Shown here in pieces: positions 1 to 12,772 of a DNA stretch of 43,121 nt (position 1 is the stretch's first letter; every line of letters begins with the position of its first letter). The position numbers and the translations under genes were made by a program. The DNA comes from Fistulifera solaris (taxonomy: Eukaryota), in NCBI GenBank assembly GCA_030295235.1, contig AP026173.1:558001-601121 (forward strand). The letters run 5' to 3'. Under the pieces are notes generated by a model. That model was not told the origin of the DNA, did no database searches, and was given only the letters and a program-made list of their open reading frames with translations.

Positions 1-172
1 CAACAGTGTCGGTTTACTATGAGGTCAAATGTAGACGACTTTTTTCGCGACTGAACGAGACTTTAGTCCCGGAAAAGATCGACATCTTTCGGGAGTTTCA
101 TTCGAATGTGAAGTACGTAAGGCAATTCCATACAACTCTCATGTTGTTATTATAATCATTCTATTATTATAT

Positions 173-1727
173 TCATCGGTTCGAAGCGGCTCGGGTGCGC
201 CATTGACGGGCAAACTTTTGCACTTTTTCGGCTTGCGCATAGTCGACAAAAAATCAAGGAGCGTTTCTCGGAACTCCACGCGTGGGCTCCTTTGGATTGG
301 GCAAATTGCACCACGGCCGAAAATTCACCTTCCATAAGACATTGGTGCTGATAGACTTCGGTCAGTCGGACACGGGATCGTTCCCGATCCCACAACCAGA
401 TTTGGTCCACGACGTTGGCCGGGATGGGACTGCTGAAGGCGCTTCCCACATTGACCACATTACTGGCGGATCGCAAATTGGGATGGGAGTGCTTTTCCAA
501 GAATCGCAAGATTTGCCGGGCCTGTATCCCTAAATTGAAAGCCGATGTGACGGAATCGCGGGTCATGTGCAGTATCACAATATTCGGTAAGCGGCGGATG
601 GTGCCCACGTCACAAAACAGACCCAACATGGCCAAATGCAACGGACTGGTCGTGTAGGCGCAGACTTGAAAATTGGTTTGTACAATAATGGCTAAATGAG
701 AACTTTCCTTGGGACGCGGATCGGCTAAAGCAGCATCCAGTGCCTTGGTCGAGAGAGAAAAGAGCGACGACGATGCATTATCAGTGTCGTCGTTGCCGAC
801 AATCTGCAGGGCAATACGAGTCGGATAGAAGACCGTCGCCTTGCCAATTTTGCGCGTATACAATAGTCCAAACAATGCCAGGTGCTTGACCATGGTACGA
901 GAATCTTTGTTCAATGCGCTGGCCAAGTAAGGTTCGCCGACACGGGCAAACGATAAGCAGATCAGCAATAAGAGAGCTTCGCAGACCAGATTTTGGCCGT
1001 TTTCTTGCTTTTGTAAGGATTTTAAGTACTGCACAAGAAAGTGCCACACCTGTTGATGATTGTCTTGCAGCATGAAATCGTAACCCGTCTGCGTGATGAC
1101 GAGAGGGGCATCGTCCTCGGGTCCATTAAAATCGGGGTCGGGTTGCATCAAACCCGTCTGCAACAAGAAATGGACGACCGCAGCGGGAGGTTCTTCTCGT
1201 CCCGTACTTCCTACCAAAAAATGCAACACATCATCCCAGACATGTTGCATGTAACGTTCTAAATCTTCCATCGTCACGGATTTGTTGGGTTCCGCCGCTT
1301 CTTCCTCGAGCGCTTTCAATTGAATGGCTTGCAACGAATTCCACGGAGCCGCACTTAAACAGCGCATCGATTCTTGTAAACCTTTCTGAAATTCTGGTGT
1401 CATTCGCATCATTTTTCCTTCCAGATCTGAGGAAAATAGTTGCTCTGAGAGTATCCCCCATTCGTACAATTCGAGAAAGAGAGCATCCTGCTGTTTGGGT
1501 TTCAAGGCCGTCCATACTTGGACTCCGACCGCCGGAAATTCTCCCGCACAACACGCCAGTCTCACGACTACTTGTTGTGTCACCGAATTGAGTTGTTGCA
1601 AGACGGCACGACACACAAATCGACCCCGCTTTTCTTCTTCGTACAATCCGGTCAACACGTGTTTGGGGAGAACGTGACGTAGAAAATCCATTACTCCCAC
1701 CGTCGCGCGGCGTCCGTCTTTGGGCAT
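173..1727 (-). CDS. TFB2: TFIIH subunit p52/Tfb2 (general transcription factor IIH subunit 4)
   Basis: Tfb2 motifs: WDDVLHFLVG, ITQTGYDFMLQD..QQVWHFL..YL, GLLY..K...FYPT, IIVQTNFQVCAYT, TRDSV..AF..GI.A.QI..FL..H, IPANVVDQIWLWDRERSR. Likely ATG at 1727 (MPKDGRR). Removing one T from the T6 run at ~248-253 gives the ending LIFVDYAQAEKVQKFARQWRTRAASNR* (stop 173-175). Confidence 0.93.
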
Positions 1728-2093
1728 TATTGCTTTGATTTGATGTAGTAACAATAAAAGCAATAGATAGATAAACTGATACGAAGTAGGAGTAATCAAT
1801 ACATGCCTGCGTTTTCGAAAAGAATGAAAAGGCAAAAATTGGAAGCTCGCTATCGCATGTCGCATCGCGTGTCGTCTCCTCGTGACACTGACGCATGGCG
1901 GACGATGTACTGAAACAACTAGTAACAAAAATGACTCTATGGAACGATGTACAAAAGGCACTTCCGGTTTCTATTGTGACTTTTGGCTACCGCATGTCTT
2001 TTTTTCGCGCATCCAACCCGACTTTTTTCGTTTCGTTGCCAATAATAAACTATACTTGTAGACTGCAAATAACTTGTCTTTGTTTTCTTTAGC

Positions 2094-3301
2094 ATGACCA
2101 CCGATGTGGGACAACCAGCAAAGCTGGATCAGGAGAAAATAGTCCGGTCACTGGCAGAGTTGTTTGCTGACGAAGAAGGGATTCCATTGATTGATTACGC
2201 ATCGACCCTGCATCAATTGTCACAGCGAGATGATGACTCGTTTCGGTCTTCGGAAGAAACCACCAGTGATTTCGAGGATAACAATCCACTAGTAGGATTC
2301 TTGAATGCACAAGAATTTTGGCAAATGTTTGCGTTGCTGTTGTCGGCGGATCAAAGTCTATCGACAACCGAAGTTGACGCGCTAAAGTCCGAAGTACGAT
2401 ATCAGCATCAACGAAATTCCAAAACCAAAACACGTCGAAAGTCTTCCGTTCGTCGCCGAAAAGTGGTTCGTGCTGAAGGAGAGGTTGAAGGCACCGCGGA
2501 CGCCTTGTTGGCTTCCGCAACCACAACGACGACTCGGCTCCGCGTGCGAAAAGTTTCGAAATCGAAAGATGGGGATGCCAATGATAGTCCAGTGACTTCC
2601 AGAGGACGTAGTCCCAGTAGTTCGACTCGCAGAAATAGTTTACCAAGACGTGCCAGTAGCGGGCCGCGACGAAGTAGTATCAGCGACGGGGAGATTCTGA
2701 AATGTCCGTCGACTCCCAACGCCCCGTTGACCCCCAATGCTCGCGCCTCGAGTCGATCGAAGGACGGACGCGTCGTTTATCCATCGGGAAATCTCCGCGA
2801 AGAATGTACGATAGTAATAATAATAATAACAACAACGAGGGGACCGAAGACGAAGACGACAACCCTGACCCGGTGCCCGAGAGTCCCAAAATTGGTCAGC
2901 TCTACTTGTCCTCGGTTGATGTCGAGAAAATCAAACAGGCCATGGTGGCGCGTTCTGTCAAAGTAACGGACGAGAAACCCTCCCGGCGAGGAAGTTGGTT
3001 AGATACTCCCAAAGCTCTCATTGGTATGGCTCTACCGGGAGGCTCGAAACCATCGTCGCCGAAATCACCCAATGCGTACAAGTCTCTCGACGATCCGGTC
3101 ATTAGTTGGGTTCGAGTAGCACCACCATCTACTTCTATATTGAGAAAGAAGTCACCGCGGCGTTCTTCGACTAGTTCTCCTGCCACGACACCCCCGACAC
3201 ACTCCCGAAACAATTCGGGTGACTTGACGCCTCACGCGAAACAATTGCACGCGATTCCGATGGGGAGCCTCTACTCCTTCAAAAGTGGTTATGATACATA
3301 G
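2094..3301 (+). CDS. Hypothetical Ser/Arg/Pro-rich, largely disordered protein (one apparent frameshift near 2760)
   Basis: ORFs 2094-2966 and 2702-3301 join into one low-complexity frame if one base is added at about SRSK|GRTRRLS. Many SP/RRSS motifs and a poly-Asn tract. No recognisable family. Confidence 0.6.
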
Positions 3302-3710
3302 AATATTACGTTGATACAGTTCATGTGTCCGCAGGGTGTATTGTAGGATGATGTATTGTAGTCGAGAAATGAATTGAATTTGCTGGATCGAGGATGATTC
3401 TTTCATTTGTTACAAGTATAATAAGCATGCGTAAAACATGCTCGATAGCGTTCAGTCCCGTGAAAAGCGAGAACGCGGCGAACGACTGAAGCTCAGTCAC
3501 GAGTCAGTTTTGGCGCGTGATTTCCGCATTCAAAATGAAAAAACCAGTGGAAAATTCAGTCAAATGTCGAAAATGCATCCGCATTTCAGGAAAACTAGGA
3601 ATAAATATTATAGTCTATTAAAAAATAACCGCGCCATCATCACATTGAAAATCTCGACTGGCTGTCAGTTCCTCCTCAAAGAACGAATGATGAAGAACGA
3701 GCCAAAGTAT

Positions 3711-4336
3711 ATGCGCAGACTGCTTCTTCTCTTGATAGTATATGCAGCTCCGAGCAGGAGCTGGATGATAATTCATACGAAGAAGCGACCGAAAGGCAGG
3801 ATAAACCGCTTTACTATGCATGCGAATTCCGATGACAACGTCGACAGCCTCCATAATTTACACAGATTACTTTCACCTTCCGACAAGTGTCAAGTGGATC
3901 AAATGAGCTCTACAGATCTAGCCTACGTGGGAGATGCAGTATACGAATTGCTGATTCGAACTACAAAAGTTTGGCCTTCCAAACGGACATCGGATTTGCA
4001 AAGTCAAGTCGTAGCGATTGTGAGAGGTACGTCTCTAAGGGTGAGTTCCTGGAGATTCTTTGTATATCTGATCAAATCCCCTGCGATATAGCCGAGTACC
4101 AAGCTGACTTACTCAAAGCTCTTAAGGAAAGTTTTGAGCTCACTGACAAAGAATATCAAATTCTCAATCGAGGCCGCAATAGTGTCTCGAGAAGCAATCG
4201 CCGCGATCCGGCGGCTTATCAAGATGCAACAGCGTTAGAAGCGTTAATTGGCTACTTGTATATAACAGATACACCAAGGTGCAGTCAACTTCTCGAGTGG
4301 ATTCAGAATACGATCGATTTGAATGAGCTTTCCTGA
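3711..4336 (+). CDS. Mini-ribonuclease III family protein, probably plastid-targeted; 2 exons (intron 4027-4091)
   Basis: LAYVGDAVYEL, VRAEYQA across the GTACGT..TAG intron, RGRN, YQDATALEALIGYLY; no dsRBD, as expected for Mini-III. Hydrophobic N-terminal signal peptide MRRLLLLLIVYAAPSRS-W. Confidence 0.88.
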
Positions 4337-4355
4337 GTTTATCTATTTTATCTTT

Positions 4356-5225
4356 TCAATTTTCCACTGTGGCTCTCCACACCAAAAGCCAAATAAAGGC
4401 CGAGCGCTTGAAACGCAAAGGCAACCAGCCAAAACTGTACCCCGACACATCGAGGATGGCAGCAACGAAATAATTTGCTACAGGCCACGGCATCACTGCC
4501 ATCGGCCGTCCGAGTAATCAAGTCGTCGTAAATATCTCGAACCGCATAATAACCAATATATACACCGTAGAACAATGTGATATATTCCAAGAATGGATCG
4601 AACACGAACCACTCGATGAAGACCGCCACGGCATTGAGCGCCGAAAATCCCAGCGAGATCATGACCATCGTGGAGTTTGGCTTGTAACTGGTTGGTATTG
4701 CGTTTAGAAAATGAAAGATCTAGATCATTTCTGTCAAAAATAAGTTCGCTCATACGTACCACAGAGAGAATAACAGGGCCCCCGTGATCATAGCAGCAAC
4801 CACGGTCGCACCGATGCGATTGCCACTCATGGCCACAAACGCGCCACCCCAAAAGGCGCTTCCCACATATCCCGCTGGAATGACCAAACACTGACAACCA
4901 CCTTTGTATTTCGTAACACCACCTTCATTTTGGTCTGAAAAAAGCAGTTTTTGAGGTGAGTAACAGCAGAATCGGTCACTTAAAACGCTTTTCGTCGTCT
5001 TGCTAAAACCAACGTACAAACTTCAATGGCGTCGAGTTTCCCTCCCGTCACTACGCAAGCACTCGCGTGTCCAAATTCGTGAACAAAGACACTCAATACA
5101 TTCATCGGTTTCATGAGAAAGGTTCGAAACAGTACAACAAAGACAATGACGTAAATTCCGTAAAAGATGAGAAAGAGTCGCTCTTCATCGCCGCAGCAAT
5201 TTTCGAGTTCCCAGTCAATACTCAT
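4356..5225 (-). CDS. Peptidase M50B-like membrane metalloprotease; 3 exons (introns 4935-5017 and 4688-4759)
   Basis: VFVHEFGHA (HExxH) next to a TM segment; EVYQNEGGVT and PAGY.GSAFWG after splicing; DIYDDLI and SDA..C motifs; several TM helices. Both introns have GTACGT donors and CAG acceptors. Probable 1-bp indel near the C-terminus. Confidence 0.82.
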
Positions 5226-5828
5226 GTGGTGTCGCGGGGGAGGCACTGATAGTGAAGGAACGGTAGATAAATTAATATGAGATCTCCGATTTTTTTAATT
5301 TTGAAGCAAAAAGTGAACGATCCGACCCATCAAAAGAACTCGTTGATGGCGGTGTCGAATGATTTCGAATGTGTGCGAGCGTCAACTCCGTCACCCGGAC
5401 GAGGAGTCCCGCCAGTTGTGCTCGTTCGCTGAGGCTGAGGTCATTTTCCCGTGAACGGTCATAGTCTGATGGAAAGTGTTCGGACGTTTCACTCAGTGTC
5501 ATTTTGTAATCTGTCAATCTTATGCCCTCTATGTGTTATCTGGCATCCATCTAAACAATACAAACCGATGCGACTGCAAATGGCTTCTTCATGTTTTGCA
5601 GTTCGACGGCATTCCCGAACAAGATGTCACTTTTCGCTTCAGAATTATCGTTGCCCCGCGTCCCCACGGCAAGCCCTACGGGCTAACTATCGCCAAACGC
5701 GCAGCAGAGCGGCTTTTGGCCGCCTCATGCGTCGTTTTGAAGTTTGAATTCATTCAAACACCTAATCTTGTTGTCATTTTATCATCGTTGCACCAAAATC
5801 GTATATTCCTCTTTATCATTAATTCACA

Positions 5829-6434
5829 ATGAGCCGTTCGTTCCGCAAAACATTTCGAAAAAATAAGCCCAAAGCAGCCAAAGCTCCCGTATGGGAAGAA
5901 GCCCTAGCCAATCTCAATGCACTCCTCCAAAAACATCCGAGCGAAGAAGAAAAAAGTGCATGGTTTGGTATCTGCCTTGATTGAACTCCAACAAGAGTAC
6001 CGTGCCTCCGTAGCACAATGTGAGAGATTACAACGTACAGTCGCGGAGCTGAAACAAGAAGTGGAACAAAAGATCAACTGTTACAAGAACGCTCCTTGCA
6101 AATTGAAGCGGCGCACTTTCGCATTTCCGGGCTGACTTATCTGGAGCGCTCGGAACGAGTTGAGAACGAGGAAGAAGAAAAGAAACCGGATGAAGAGGAG
6201 AAGGACGACAACAATCGACATGACAAAATCCGACTTCCGCCGGAAGTGGAAGACAAAATAGCACACGAAAATAGAATAAGGAATCATGATTCTTCGATTC
6301 CAGCCAAGACGGAAGAATCTTGGAAACCTCCGTACTTTGGAAACGCGAAGCATCATCAGGGCCGCTCCCACTCACCAAGTTCCGTGCAGGATATGGGACA
6401 TGTGATTGACGTTGTAGAAACACTGGAAATTTAA
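5829..6434 (+). CDS. Hypothetical coiled-coil protein (about two apparent frameshifts)
   Basis: MSRSFRKTFRKNKPKAAKAPVWEEALANL continues into ORF 5917-6135 (heptad-like) and ORF 6096-6434 (acidic tail). Confidence 0.5.
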
Positions 6435-6453
6435 AATATTGACTCGTGTCATC

Positions 6454-6484
6454 GATGGATGGATGGATGGATGGATGGATGGAT
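6454..6484. repeat. (GATG)n microsatellite
   Basis: Seven full GATG units plus GAT, just downstream of the stop at 6434. Confidence 0.95.
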
Positions 6485-7407
6485 TTGAGGAAGCACGACT
6501 TTTGTTCGGATAATCATGTGTTTTGTTCCAATGCAACAGGCTTGGAGCCACCTTGTGGTAAATTTCAGCTACACGAACAAACGACGCGGCTTTGCCGGTT
6601 CACTGCGCCGCGACGCTACAATGATCACATCATTGTCTTAAAATGGAGTTCAACAAGAGATAGCACAATGTGCGATGATGTGCCTTGTACCGTATTCATA
6701 TCTCTAGCGCAAATAATATTTTCAAACCTTAAAAGGCTCACGGAAAAGACTGAATACTCGGCAAAGAGTCGAATAAATAGTTGCGTGATTTAAAACTAAC
6801 AATTCCAAAGAATGAGATCATGAGCTATGAGTTGTACCAGGTATCATGCTGGACGCTGAAAGTGGCTAATATGAAGAAAAGAAGAGCGTCGTTACCAGGT
6901 AATTGCGAGAGCAGAATCTCCGTCTGCCTCAAAAATCAGAAAACCCCTATTCACTATAGTTCGAAAGTGTAGTATCAACTTATCCATGGCTACACATCAG
7001 TCATGAATGAAATTTCTTTCGAGCGGCAATGTTGCCTACAACGTTCGTTCGCCAAACTCTCTTGAACTCCATTGGTCGTTATTGTATTGAAATAGTTAGT
7101 CGAAGCACTTGCATTGCGCTCCTTGATATTATACGTCGAAATGCCTACGAAACGCTATCATTCGTATTTACTATGGACCCAAAGTGTTGGTTTTCGGAGA
7201 CCGCACGATCGCTAACGCTACACCTTAATCGAGAATGGTGGAGAGTTTATTGCGGAAGATACGCGATGATGTGCGATGTACTTGTATAAAAACGAGTGGA
7301 AGGGAAGCACCGCAATAAAAACATTACTTGTACAAGCATCGTTGCTTTAACTATTAGTCACTATTATAAATTATTTTACCAGCTTCACACGAATCATTCT
7401 TAACAGC

Positions 7408-9107
7408 ATGACGGGTTCTTTACAAGAAATTTCACCCAACGCTGAAATCGTCAGCAAACAACAAGCCCTCCGCGTCAACACCAATGCGGCCGTCGGGCTC
7501 ATGAACGTCCTCAAAAGCAATTTAGGACCAACGGGGACGCTCAAATTGTTAGTCGGCGGTGCCGGGCAACTCAAATTGACCAAAGATGGATTAACCTTGC
7601 TCAAAGAAATGCAAATTCAACATCCGACGGCGGCGATGATTGCTCGGAGTGCGACCGCACAAGACGATATTACCGGGGACGGCACGACGAGCACCGTACT
7701 CCTGACGGGAGAATTGTTGCGGCTCGCGGAACAGTACGTCGCCGAAGGTCTGCATCCGCGGATTTTGACGGATGGTTTGGATCGGGCGCGGGATGCCTGT
7801 GCGGACTTTCTCAAATCAGACTTTCAAGTGGCCTTGGGGGAAGATGTGATTCAAAATTCCGATGTACTCATCAGTACCGCGCGAACTTCGTTGCAGACGA
7901 AATTGGATGTAGCGTTGGTAGAAAAGGTACGTTTGGCGTCGGAAACATAAATCCTTTGCTAGAAATCATTTTCTTGTCACTCATCGTGTTAAAGATTGCG
8001 CGAGCTGTGGTAGATGCCATTCAGACAATCTATACCAAAGATGCACCGTTAGACTTAAATCGAGTCGAAATCATTTTTATGGAACGTCAATCGGCCATGG
8101 ATAGCCGATTTGTGCGAGGCCTTGTACTCGATCATGGGGGACGGCATCCGGATATGCCCAAGGTGCTCAAAAATGTCCACATTATGACGTGCAACATCTC
8201 TTTGGAATATGAACAGACAGAAACGCAAGCAGGATTCGTCTATTCTACTGCAGAAGAAAGAGAAAAGTTGGTCGAGTCGGAACGAAAATGGTTGGATGAG
8301 CGTTGTCGGAAGATTGTGACATTCAAGCGATCGGTGTGTGGGCCGGACGAAACATTCTGTATTATTAATCAGAAGGGGGTCGATCCATTGTCGCTCGATA
8401 TCTTTGCCAAAGAGGGTATTCTGTGCCTTCGTCGGGCGAAGCGACGCAATATGGAACGTCTCACCTTGGCTTGTGGAGGATCGCCGATTCTGAGTTTGGA
8501 TGATTTGGACAAGAAGCAATTGGGATATGCTGGAAAAGTTTCGGAAGTATCCTACGGTGAGGACAAGTATACATTTGTGGAAGACTGCCCCAACAATGCA
8601 CAGTCGTGCACGCTGTTGCTGCAGGGACCGAATGAGCTCACCACGGCGCAAGTGAAAGATGCGGTCAAAGATGGACTCCGCGCTGTCAAGAACACCGTTG
8701 AAGACAAGGCTGTTGTACCCGGAGGCGGGGCATTTGAAATTGCGGCTCATATGTACTTGCATGAGAAGGTCGTACCTGAAACGGCCGGTAAAACGAAACT
8801 TGGAGTTCAAGTATTTGCCGATGCCCTGCTCATTATCCCCAAGACATTGTCAGCGAACGCTGGCTTTGATGTTCAAGAGTCGATTTTGAAGTTAAAAGAT
8901 GAACGAAAAGCGACTGGCATGGCTATTGGACTGAACTGTAGGACCGGAGAGCCTATGCTGCCTGATACCGAGGGAGTATGGGACAATGTTCGAGTCAAGC
9001 GTCAGTCTATTTACTTGTCGACTGTTCTCGCTAATCAACTACTTTTGGTTGATGAAGTGATGCGTGCGGGCAAGCAAATGGGAAAGCCAAAACCAGAAGA
9101 CATGTGA
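7408..9107 (+). CDS. CCT6: T-complex protein 1 subunit zeta (CCT6); 2 exons (intron 7927-7994)
   Basis: LKSNLGPTGTLKLLV, TKDG, QIQHPTA, DDITGDGTTS, GLVLDHGGRHPDMP, LRRAKRRNMERL, VPGGGAFE, LLVDEVMRAG. The intron runs GTAC..AAG and is in phase. Confidence 0.97.
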
Positions 9108-9222
9108 GTCTGCTGTTTAGAATCATAATCACAACATCATACGGGTTGCTGGGTGGGAAAAGAATAGGAGCGAATTGTCATAAATAATGATAAACAATAC
9201 ATACTACTGCACATGCTGTCTA

Positions 9223-10807
9223 TTACGATGTACGCATCTTTTTGGTCGAGCTCTCGATCCATTCAATTTCTTCAGCTGGCTCCTCTAATGTCATATCATT
9301 TTGAACAATGTCGTACAACAAGTCCGGGTGGTGTGACAACAAAACACCAATGCGCTGGAAGGTATCAAGCTTGCACTCTACCACAGTCATTCCTACCAAC
9401 AATGCTCGCGTGTTAGAAGACTCTGTCACCAGCGATGCCGACCCATTGTAAAAGCGGTTCAATGCATACAGCTTCTCAATACTTGTCCCGTTCGTGATCT
9501 TGTTTCCGAAGAAATCGAGGACAGTGATATGCCGGTTCCGAGAGAGCAACTGTTCCAGCAACGAATAGTCCGGGAAGCCTTCCGAGTTGTTTAAGGGATA
9601 GTCTTGCAAAACAAGCGTACGTAGACCCTTATGCGCTCCCACCGCCTCGAAAATAACATTAGAATGGGTGGACCAAACCACGAACTCTTCAAGATTGATA
9701 AGATCATAGTCCTTCAGTCTGAGATATGTCAACTCCGGATTCCTGCTAAGTGCATGGACTAATGCTTCAACAACAAGTGCTGCTTTGTTGGCTTCGAATC
9801 GGTCCAGATGATCGAGACTACCATCAAGGGCGAAATGCAATCTCTGGAAGTGGCCGACTTCGGCAACTCGTTGCAAGAACGAAATTGGAAGCAGATGCCA
9901 GTTATTGGTGGTGTCGTGCAAGAAGATTGTCAGATTAAGGTCTTTGGTTGCAATTTCAAGCGAATTAAAGTTTGTGGGATGAGTAGCATTCGAGTGAATT
10001 CGATAGACGAGAGCATTAGCCTTCGCGGAAAATGGAAGAAGAATTTGTTCCTCGTTCAGCTGGCAAAGTTCTAGCTGATCGAGTGTCTCCAGTTGGAGTA
10101 GACGCTCCAGATTGACTTGGTTCAAAGGACACAAGTCTGCATCAAAACGAAGCCTCAAGGAACCGAAGGAAGTGTGTCGATTTTCAAGTGCATCTAAAAA
10201 GCTCGTTCCGTCGTCTTCAAAGGCAAACCGGTCATCTCCTCTACAATTAAAAAAAATCCATATGCAATGAGTGAGATCGTGATGCGAGAATGAAGGAACG
10301 TTGGGCGTCCCAGACACCTTTTCTAAACTCGAAACGTCGATTCGGATTGGCATCCAAAATCCGAGTCAGTTGTGTGGGATGTAGGGTAGTAAAATCAAAG
10401 CCATAATGAACGCCGTTCCTGAATAGAGCGAAATTGGAAACCTTAATCTTGCTTTTCTTCTAATTGTTTGAGCGACAACAGAAAGGTGATCGTCTCCAAC
10501 ACACTAGCTTCATTTTCTCCATGAATCGCGCAATATCGATAATATTCGTTTTGTATACTAACTACGAAGCTGTTATCGTGCGGCTCCACCTCATCAAAAC
10601 AAATGATTGACCCATTGATGCACCATATAGCAATCATCCAGCACATTTTCCAGTCGATGTCGGCTAGATGCGTCGGTTCCCGCAACATTTGATACAGCGG
10701 TAACTTGTCTTTTCCCTGAGCCTTCATCAGTGTTTTTGTCGTGCCGACCATTGCTTCTTCGGAATTCGTTCCAGTAGAGGCTCATTCCTATGTTGTCGCT
10801 GTTCCAT
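9223..10807 (-). CDS. Hypothetical protein of a lineage-expanded diatom family with degenerate LRR-like segments (several frameshifts)
   Basis: Reconstructed as MEQRQHRNEPLLERIP..LYQMLREPTHL..IAIW.. / FDFTTLHPTQLTRILDANP.. / FEDDGTSFLDALENR..FGSL.. / LLSRNRHITV..KLYALNRFYNGS. From memory this resembles a multicopy hypothetical family of Fistulifera solaris; not checked by search. Confidence 0.65.
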
Positions 10808-11593
10808 TGTGTAGAGAAGAAAGTTATGAACAATTACGAAACAGAACGTTCCCGTTTGAATGAAGAGGAATGACACTTGTTCTTCGATGGCATCAAAAAT
10901 CGTTTTTGTCGTCGTGAAACGCGACGAGCGGCGGGGAGTGTTTGATATCGCAGTGGGATATAACTATGATTGAGATAGTACTATAACCCGAAACTGGCAT
11001 CTCAGCGGTAGAAGTGACGCCGTTTCGAAGTGGGATCAGGCGCACGCAAGACTGTTCTTCGCGCGCAAAAACACCCTCCAATTTTCTGCGCCACTGTTGT
11101 GTGACAGTGCGCCGTTGATGAACCGGTATCTGGGCCGACGTGTCTTCTAAGTGTTTTCAACAACGGATATTCAAACTTGAAATACTCTTCAAATATGTAT
11201 AGGAACATTCCATTTCATGAACTAAATTTGGTACTGCTTCATAGTATAGCACTTGGGAGGTGAAATTTTGGCAGCGGCTCGTGTGCAAATCCCCCACAAC
11301 CGAAAGACTTGGTGATTGCAACCGCAACAACGAAGAGCGAACCTCCCCCTGGAATTTTTGGCCGGCCTTGCGGATAAGCTTATTATAAAATTCATGCAGA
11401 CAACTACCGATCTCGTAGCCAAGGAAAAGAGAAAAAAGCGTTTGAATCTTTTGTGTTCTACTGAAAGCACAGCTTCATTGCGTGGTCGGTGTCCCGCCAT
11501 CTCCGCCGCACAACATTCCTTTTTGCAATACTTACGCTCGAAGGATTTATTGCGTCTTACTTTTCACTAATCGTAAATTGAACCGTAAAAAAG

Positions 11594-12497
11594 ATGCAAT
11601 CGGTACTCGACAATCTGTGCCGGTGCTTTGGATCGGATCCAGTGACCTCGAATAATATTAATAATGTCGCCATGATGGAAGCCAGCGCTAGCATTCTCGA
11701 AGCAAGTGATGAGCCGGAACGAGGAGATGTCGACACGACCCGTCAAGGTTCCAGTTATTCCCGAGGATCCTTACCTCCCACTCCCGACTTTTTTGAAACG
11801 ACGCACCCAGTCGTTGTCTCTGCAAGACAAGCAATGGGATAATCTATTTGTTGTATCACCCAAGAAGCATGCCCGACGAAAAACACAAGACGATCATTTA
11901 TTGGATGGATTTAGCATGGAACAAGCGCAAGCCGTAGCGAGAGCGAAACTGGAAGCGGCACAACCGAACATGAATCGAAAACGACGACGCGGCGGCAAAG
12001 AAGATATCTTTCGATCGAAAAAGCCCGACAACACTAATAGTGGAAATCCGGTGCATCGCTTCCTATCCAATCATCCCGCCATTATGAACTCCTTGTGTTT
12101 CGCTTCACCCGTCAAAGATTCCCGGAGTCATACAGAAGTGCCGCTGCACAAGGACTCGATGCATTCGGAAGCGATATCGACCGCGGAGGATACCGTGACT
12201 TCCACCGTCTACTACGAAACCACCCGGCTGGCCGGTCTGCAACAAAAGAATCCGCCGATGCCTCTCTTTGACAGCTTCCAAGTCGACGATGGTGCCGAAA
12301 TTCATCGCATCATTGCCACGCATTCTCATTCCTCGCAACGATTGCGGGAAATGTTCCGACAACAGGACTGGAAAGTCGATCTTTCTGATGATGAAGAGGA
12401 GGACGATGAAGTTATGCAAGAAGAAGATGACATTCCTCCTCCCATGATCCATTCCAGTAGCGAAAGCTCGCGCAGCTCGAACGGGCAGCGCGTTTGA
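11594..12497 (+). CDS. Hypothetical protein (frameshift in the T run at ~11788)
   Basis: MQSVLDNLCRCFG..PPTPD joins FLKRRTQSLSLQDKQWDNLF.. if one T is removed. Basic NLS-like RKRRR and an acidic C-terminus. Confidence 0.65.
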
Positions 12498-12772
12498 TGG
12501 ACTTGAAAGCCAAACTTATTGTATAAAAAGATAATTAAAACGATTATAATACATTATACTTGCGTGTTAACCTCTTAGACATTCAATCAAACTTTCGGTA
12601 GTTGGGCGAGCAGTTTCGCAAGTGTCAAAATAAACTAAATAGTCTAGATCATCTAATACCGCACTTCAAAGAGAAGTTAGGAAGCAGAAGCAACTACAAC
12701 GCGCTCTAGAGAGTTGCCGATTGAATAGAGAAAGAACAAGATTAAATTTCAAACTTCCATGCTTTAAAGAGA

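Noticed and set aside
1728..1961. 78-aa N-terminal extension of the Tfb2 ORF
   Set aside because: Non-ATG start and AT-rich, UTR-like composition; homology begins near the ATG at 1727.
6485..7400. Short ORFs in the CCT6 upstream region
   Set aside because: No motifs or coding-like composition; treated as intergenic.
8055..8810. 251-aa antisense ORF, and similar shadow ORFs over the FG-GAP and copia regions
   Set aside because: They lie opposite well-supported genes and have no motifs; explained by codon bias.
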